From Carpediemonas membranifera BICM (lineage: Eukaryota; Protista; Fornicata): a DNA stretch of 64,000 nucleotides. Shown here piece by piece: positions 60,864 through 64,000 of this stretch (the stretch's first letter is position 1; the number at the start of each line of letters is the position of its first letter). Below the pieces are notes generated by a model. It searched no databases, was not told the origin of the DNA, and saw only the letters and a program-made list of their open reading frames with translations. The DNA lies in NCBI GenBank assembly GCA_019828565.1, contig JAHDYR010000062.1, positions 1,064,421 through 1,128,420 of the forward strand. The letters are read 5' to 3'. A program made the position numbers and the translations under genes.

Positions 60864-63572
60864 CTAGAACACCACGCCAAGCTGCTGCAGCATGGACTTG
60901 ACGCCGTCGCCCCCGCCCCCGCTGCTCATGTTATCTGCACGGGCCAGCTGCAGCATCTGTGTGTACTCCGCGGCCCCACAGAGCGTGGCATCGCCCAGTG
61001 CCTCCACAAGCGCCCCGTCCGGCAGCCTCAGGAACTGCCTGTGGAGCGTCCGCCCGCCTGTCCGACTCAGTGTGAATATGCTGACGGCGATGGTGTCATC
61101 CTCCTTGCCGTCCTCGTGCGTGTTGACATACCGGTCGACCATGACCTTACGCCGCTCCCCGTTGGGCCCTCGGTACCGCTCGGTCTTCTCCAGCACCCAT
61201 TGTAGCTCCCGAACGCTGATCTCCATGTCATGGGGAGTGCTCATCGGCGTCAAGTTCATCAGTCGCTGGAACGTGTCGGCGAGCAGGCCGCCCTGGTGGA
61301 AGTCCAGGATGTATATGTAAATGGATATAACTGACATAAATAGGGCCCCGACGAGGAAGCAGACGGTGAGGATGATGCCCCACATGCCGTTCCCGAGGAT
61401 ATCCCTGTTGCCGCCTTCCTGGTTGTCGAAGAAGGTGAAGAGCTTGAACAAGTCGCCAGAGTTCGTCCGGCCCCGGATCAGATCAGACACGAGGATCGTC
61501 ACGGGGTCAAGGTCACAGATGACGAGCATCCATAGCGCCAGACGCCAGCCGGGGGCTACGAATGAGGGGCGGACAAGGTGGGATATCGCCCAGACGATGG
61601 CTATGGCGGTCAGGGCGACCGCCCAGCACGCGATAGGGCCTACGATGGTCATGCCGACCTCAGTGTACAGGCTAGCATTCTCGGCCTCGTAAGTTATGGT
61701 GTAGTATAAATAATTGTATGTAAATTCGCCCACAGCGACGCCCATGAGCTTGAGGAAGCCGTACTGGGTCAGGTAGTGCACGTTCATGCTGAGGACGACA
61801 CTGAAGACGGCGAACACGATCGACAGGAAGGCTACGACGCTCAGCGGGGCCAGGAACCCCAGGTCGTGAGCGATCATCCTCAGGGCGAGGTGGGCCTTGG
61901 AGCCGCTCTCCTCCTTGCCCTTGACGGTCTCCTCGAGCGGTACCTCGTCCGTGAACTTGAGCAGGTCGATGGCCTTGCCTGCCCCGTCCATGACGTCATC
62001 CTCCATGCCGGGGAGCACCCGAGCGCTGGGGGAGATCAGCTTCAGCGACCGGTTCATCTTCTGGCTTGTGAGTGACCGCGTGCTCATGGCCCTTGTCCGG
62101 TCCAGAGTCGACGGCTGCATCGCCAGGGAGTCCGTGGGGGCAGCCGTGTCAGGGTAGACCCGGACCCTGAGCCCGTCGTCCTTGCACTTGTACACACCGG
62201 GCGTGGGCGCCGGGTCTCGGGGCGACCCTTGCGTCGAGTCGTCGCTGTGGTAGGGGTATGCGGCGTGCCCGTACGTGCCCCCGCGGACAGCCGGTAAGGA
62301 GGGGGTATCCGCGGCCGAGGGAATCTCAAGTTCGAGCTGCCGCTGGATGTCTCTCACTGCCTCGACCTTCGCCTCGTGCACGTCGGTGTCGGCTGGGTCC
62401 TCTGCGGCTGACTCGCCGATCCTCGCGATCTCCGGCATGAGTTCGAACGGCAGGTACCTCAGCAGCGAGTCTCTCGCCTTCGCCCACCGAGGCCGGGCCT
62501 GCTCCTGGGCCTGGAGCCGGCGGTACTCGGCGATACGGTCCTCGAGGCCGCTGAACTCGATGCCCAGGATCGACCCAGTTGACATGAGCTCGGTCTCAAA
62601 CTCCCCGCGGCCCTTATGGAGGCGGGGCTCGTGCCTCAGTGAGAAGAAGAGGTTGCCGACCCACTCGTCCAGGGAGTCCGTGTACACCTGCGTGAAGTCG
62701 CGGTGGAGACTGACGCCGCGGTGGGGGCGGCCCTTGATCATGGCGACCTTGAAGTTGCCCTTGACCACGTTGAGGTTGGAGTTGACCAGTGGGAACACCG
62801 CCCACGCGACAGTGGTGCCCTTGTCGGCAAATAGACCGGCCTTGAGGACCAGCTCGAACTGGAGGCACATCGTGGCGTTCAGTAGGAACCGGCTGGGGCA
62901 GACCGTGGTCAGGGTCCGGCCTATGTCGCACACCAGCGTGTCCCTACGGCCGTTGTACATGAAAGGCTCCGTCATGTTCGACTTGGGGCCGAACGGCGTC
63001 ATGTTCCAGCGCTCCTTGCCGCCACCAACACGCGAGATCTTGCTGACCTTCATGTGGTAGATGCCGGGGGGCAGGCGGTCCTTGGGAGCGCGTATGGCGA
63101 TCATGTCGATGTTCAGAGGGAGTCGGGCGTACCTCCAGTCGAACGTGTTGTACTTTCTGACGTCCGACGTCACGAGGCGGCCGTACGTAGCCTGCACCTC
63201 TCTCTTGCGGAGGGCAAGGGCGATGCTGAGCTGGAATTTTGCACGGTTGAACGCAACAGATAGGCCGTGGTAGCGCTTGCGGTCTGCTTTCTGCTGTTTC
63301 CTGAACGCTGAGCGGTGGTGCTTGCGCTTCTGTGCCTCTGTCTCCTTGATGGTCGAGAGCGTCCTCTTCACGCGGCGCGGTAGACGCTGGTGCTGCTTCT
63401 TATACCCGCTAACTATCTTTTTCACTTGTGTTACACGCTCCTTCTCAAGTTTCTTCTCACGTTTTTGAAGCTTCTTCTTGTCGTAGTTGCCAACGACGAT
63501 CCAATCGTTCGCCGTTTCAATGGTGAATTCATCTACATAATTCAAGTCTATTTCGCTATCAGATTCCGACAT
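60864..63572 (-). CDS. OFCC1-like protein (C2-like domain plus multi-pass TM region)
   Basis: RAPKDRLPPGIY..RVGG, VCPS..FEL..VAWAVFPL, C-terminal TM helices, RQFLRLPDGALVE. Confidence 0.65.
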   Translation of the reverse strand: MSESDSEIDLNYVDEFTIETANDWIVVGNYDKKKLQKREKKLEKERVTQVKKIVSGYKKQHQRLPRRVKRTLSTIKETEAQKRKHHRSAFRKQQKADRKRYHGLSVAFNRAKFQLSIALALRKREVQATYGRLVTSDVRKYNTFDWRYARLPLNIDMIAIRAPKDRLPPGIYHMKVSKISRVGGGKERWNMTPFGPKSNMTEPFMYNGRRDTLVCDIGRTLTTVCPSRFLLNATMCLQFELVLKAGLFADKGTTVAWAVFPLVNSNLNVVKGNFKVAMIKGRPHRGVSLHRDFTQVYTDSLDEWVGNLFFSLRHEPRLHKGRGEFETELMSTGSILGIEFSGLEDRIAEYRRLQAQEQARPRWAKARDSLLRYLPFELMPEIARIGESAAEDPADTDVHEAKVEAVRDIQRQLELEIPSAADTPSLPAVRGGTYGHAAYPYHSDDSTQGSPRDPAPTPGVYKCKDDGLRVRVYPDTAAPTDSLAMQPSTLDRTRAMSTRSLTSQKMNRSLKLISPSARVLPGMEDDVMDGAGKAIDLLKFTDEVPLEETVKGKEESGSKAHLALRMIAHDLGFLAPLSVVAFLSIVFAVFSVVLSMNVHYLTQYGFLKLMGVAVGEFTYNYLYYTITYEAENASLYTEVGMTIVGPIACWAVALTAIAIVWAISHLVRPSFVAPGWRLALWMLVICDLDPVTILVSDLIRGRTNSGDLFKLFTFFDNQEGGNRDILGNGMWGIILTVCFLVGALFMSVISIYIYILDFHQGGLLADTFQRLMNLTPMSTPHDMEISVRELQWVLEKTERYRGPNGERRKVMVDRYVNTHEDGKEDDTIAVSIFTLSRTGGRTLHRQFLRLPDGALVEALGDATLCGAAEYTQMLQLARADNMSSGGGGDGVKSMLQQLGVVF

Positions 63573-63683
63573 TGCTTCAGAATGCCGATTGGTTGGTGCC
63601 GAATTCGGACTATGTGTCTTTTCTGACAATACTCAAGCAGCCGTGCAAAATCACTGCGATCTCGCTGACCCAAGCCTTCCGTT

Positions 63684-64000
63684 TTACATGAGCTTATACC
63701 GTATAAACAGCCTCTTAAACATTCTAGCCTCCTCGCCAATTGTCCTGAACGTCGGCATGGCGTCCTCCTGCCCCTCGAGCAGCCCTCCCTCTGTTGAACT
63801 GATCACGGTGCTGACGTCCTGCCCCACCGACTCTGCTTGGGTCAGGAAGTCGATGATATCGTCCAGTAGCCTCGAGGTGATGCTCGTGATGTTCTTGCTG
63901 AGCTCGTCGATGAGCGCCAGGATGGGCAGCTTGACGTGCAGCCACGTGTCGGCCGAGATCTTCTGGTCCGGCGGATCCATCGCCTTCAGCACGCGCTCGA
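63684..64000 (-). CDS. 3' end of an unidentified gene running off the window
   Basis: Open frame to the window edge with typical codon usage. Confidence 0.6.
   Translation of the reverse strand, partial: ERVLKAMDPPDQKISADTWLHVKLPILALIDELSKNITSITSRLLDDIIDFLTQAESVGQDVSTVISSTEGGLLEGQEDAMPTFRTIGEEARMFKRLFIRYKLM

Noticed and set aside
1-64000. tRNA or rRNA genes
   Set aside because: No convincing cloverleaf or rRNA-like segment seen by eye; tRNAscan-SE and Infernal would be needed to exclude them.

Overview
Gene-dense, GC-rich genome segment of a microbial eukaryote. It holds about 40 protein genes with very short spliceosomal introns (28-41 nt, 5' site most often GTTTGT). Gene content and intron style suggest an anaerobic metamonad such as a Carpediemonas-like fornicate; this is inference only. 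Housekeeping genes include NEK and Tousled kinases, an ABCA transporter, Ras, GDE5, TAF12, dynein intermediate chain, AP-3 delta, eIF5B, Spo11, a PP4/PP6-type phosphatase and V-ATPase F. Two genes are of bacterial type: yqeB, which has gained an intron, and a PP-loop tRNA thiolase. The main discovery is three Fanzor1-type (TnpB-related, RNA-guided nuclease) elements from two divergent families: a near-full-length copy at 54720-57033, its internally deleted derivative at 5259-6018, and a divergent deleted copy at 58089-59146. None has a recognisable transposase or terminal inverted repeats. All are bounded by imperfect terminal DIRECT repeats (11-36 bp) around a shared AACAAT core, usually followed by CTGCGC. 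Each carries a structured omegaRNA-like right end. In two of the three, the predicted guide (right flank) nearly matches the element's own left end, and one element sits on the likely start codon of a host WD40 gene. This suggests an att-site-like insertion mode plus self- or host-directed guides. The window also has two near-perfect local copies of gene fragments.
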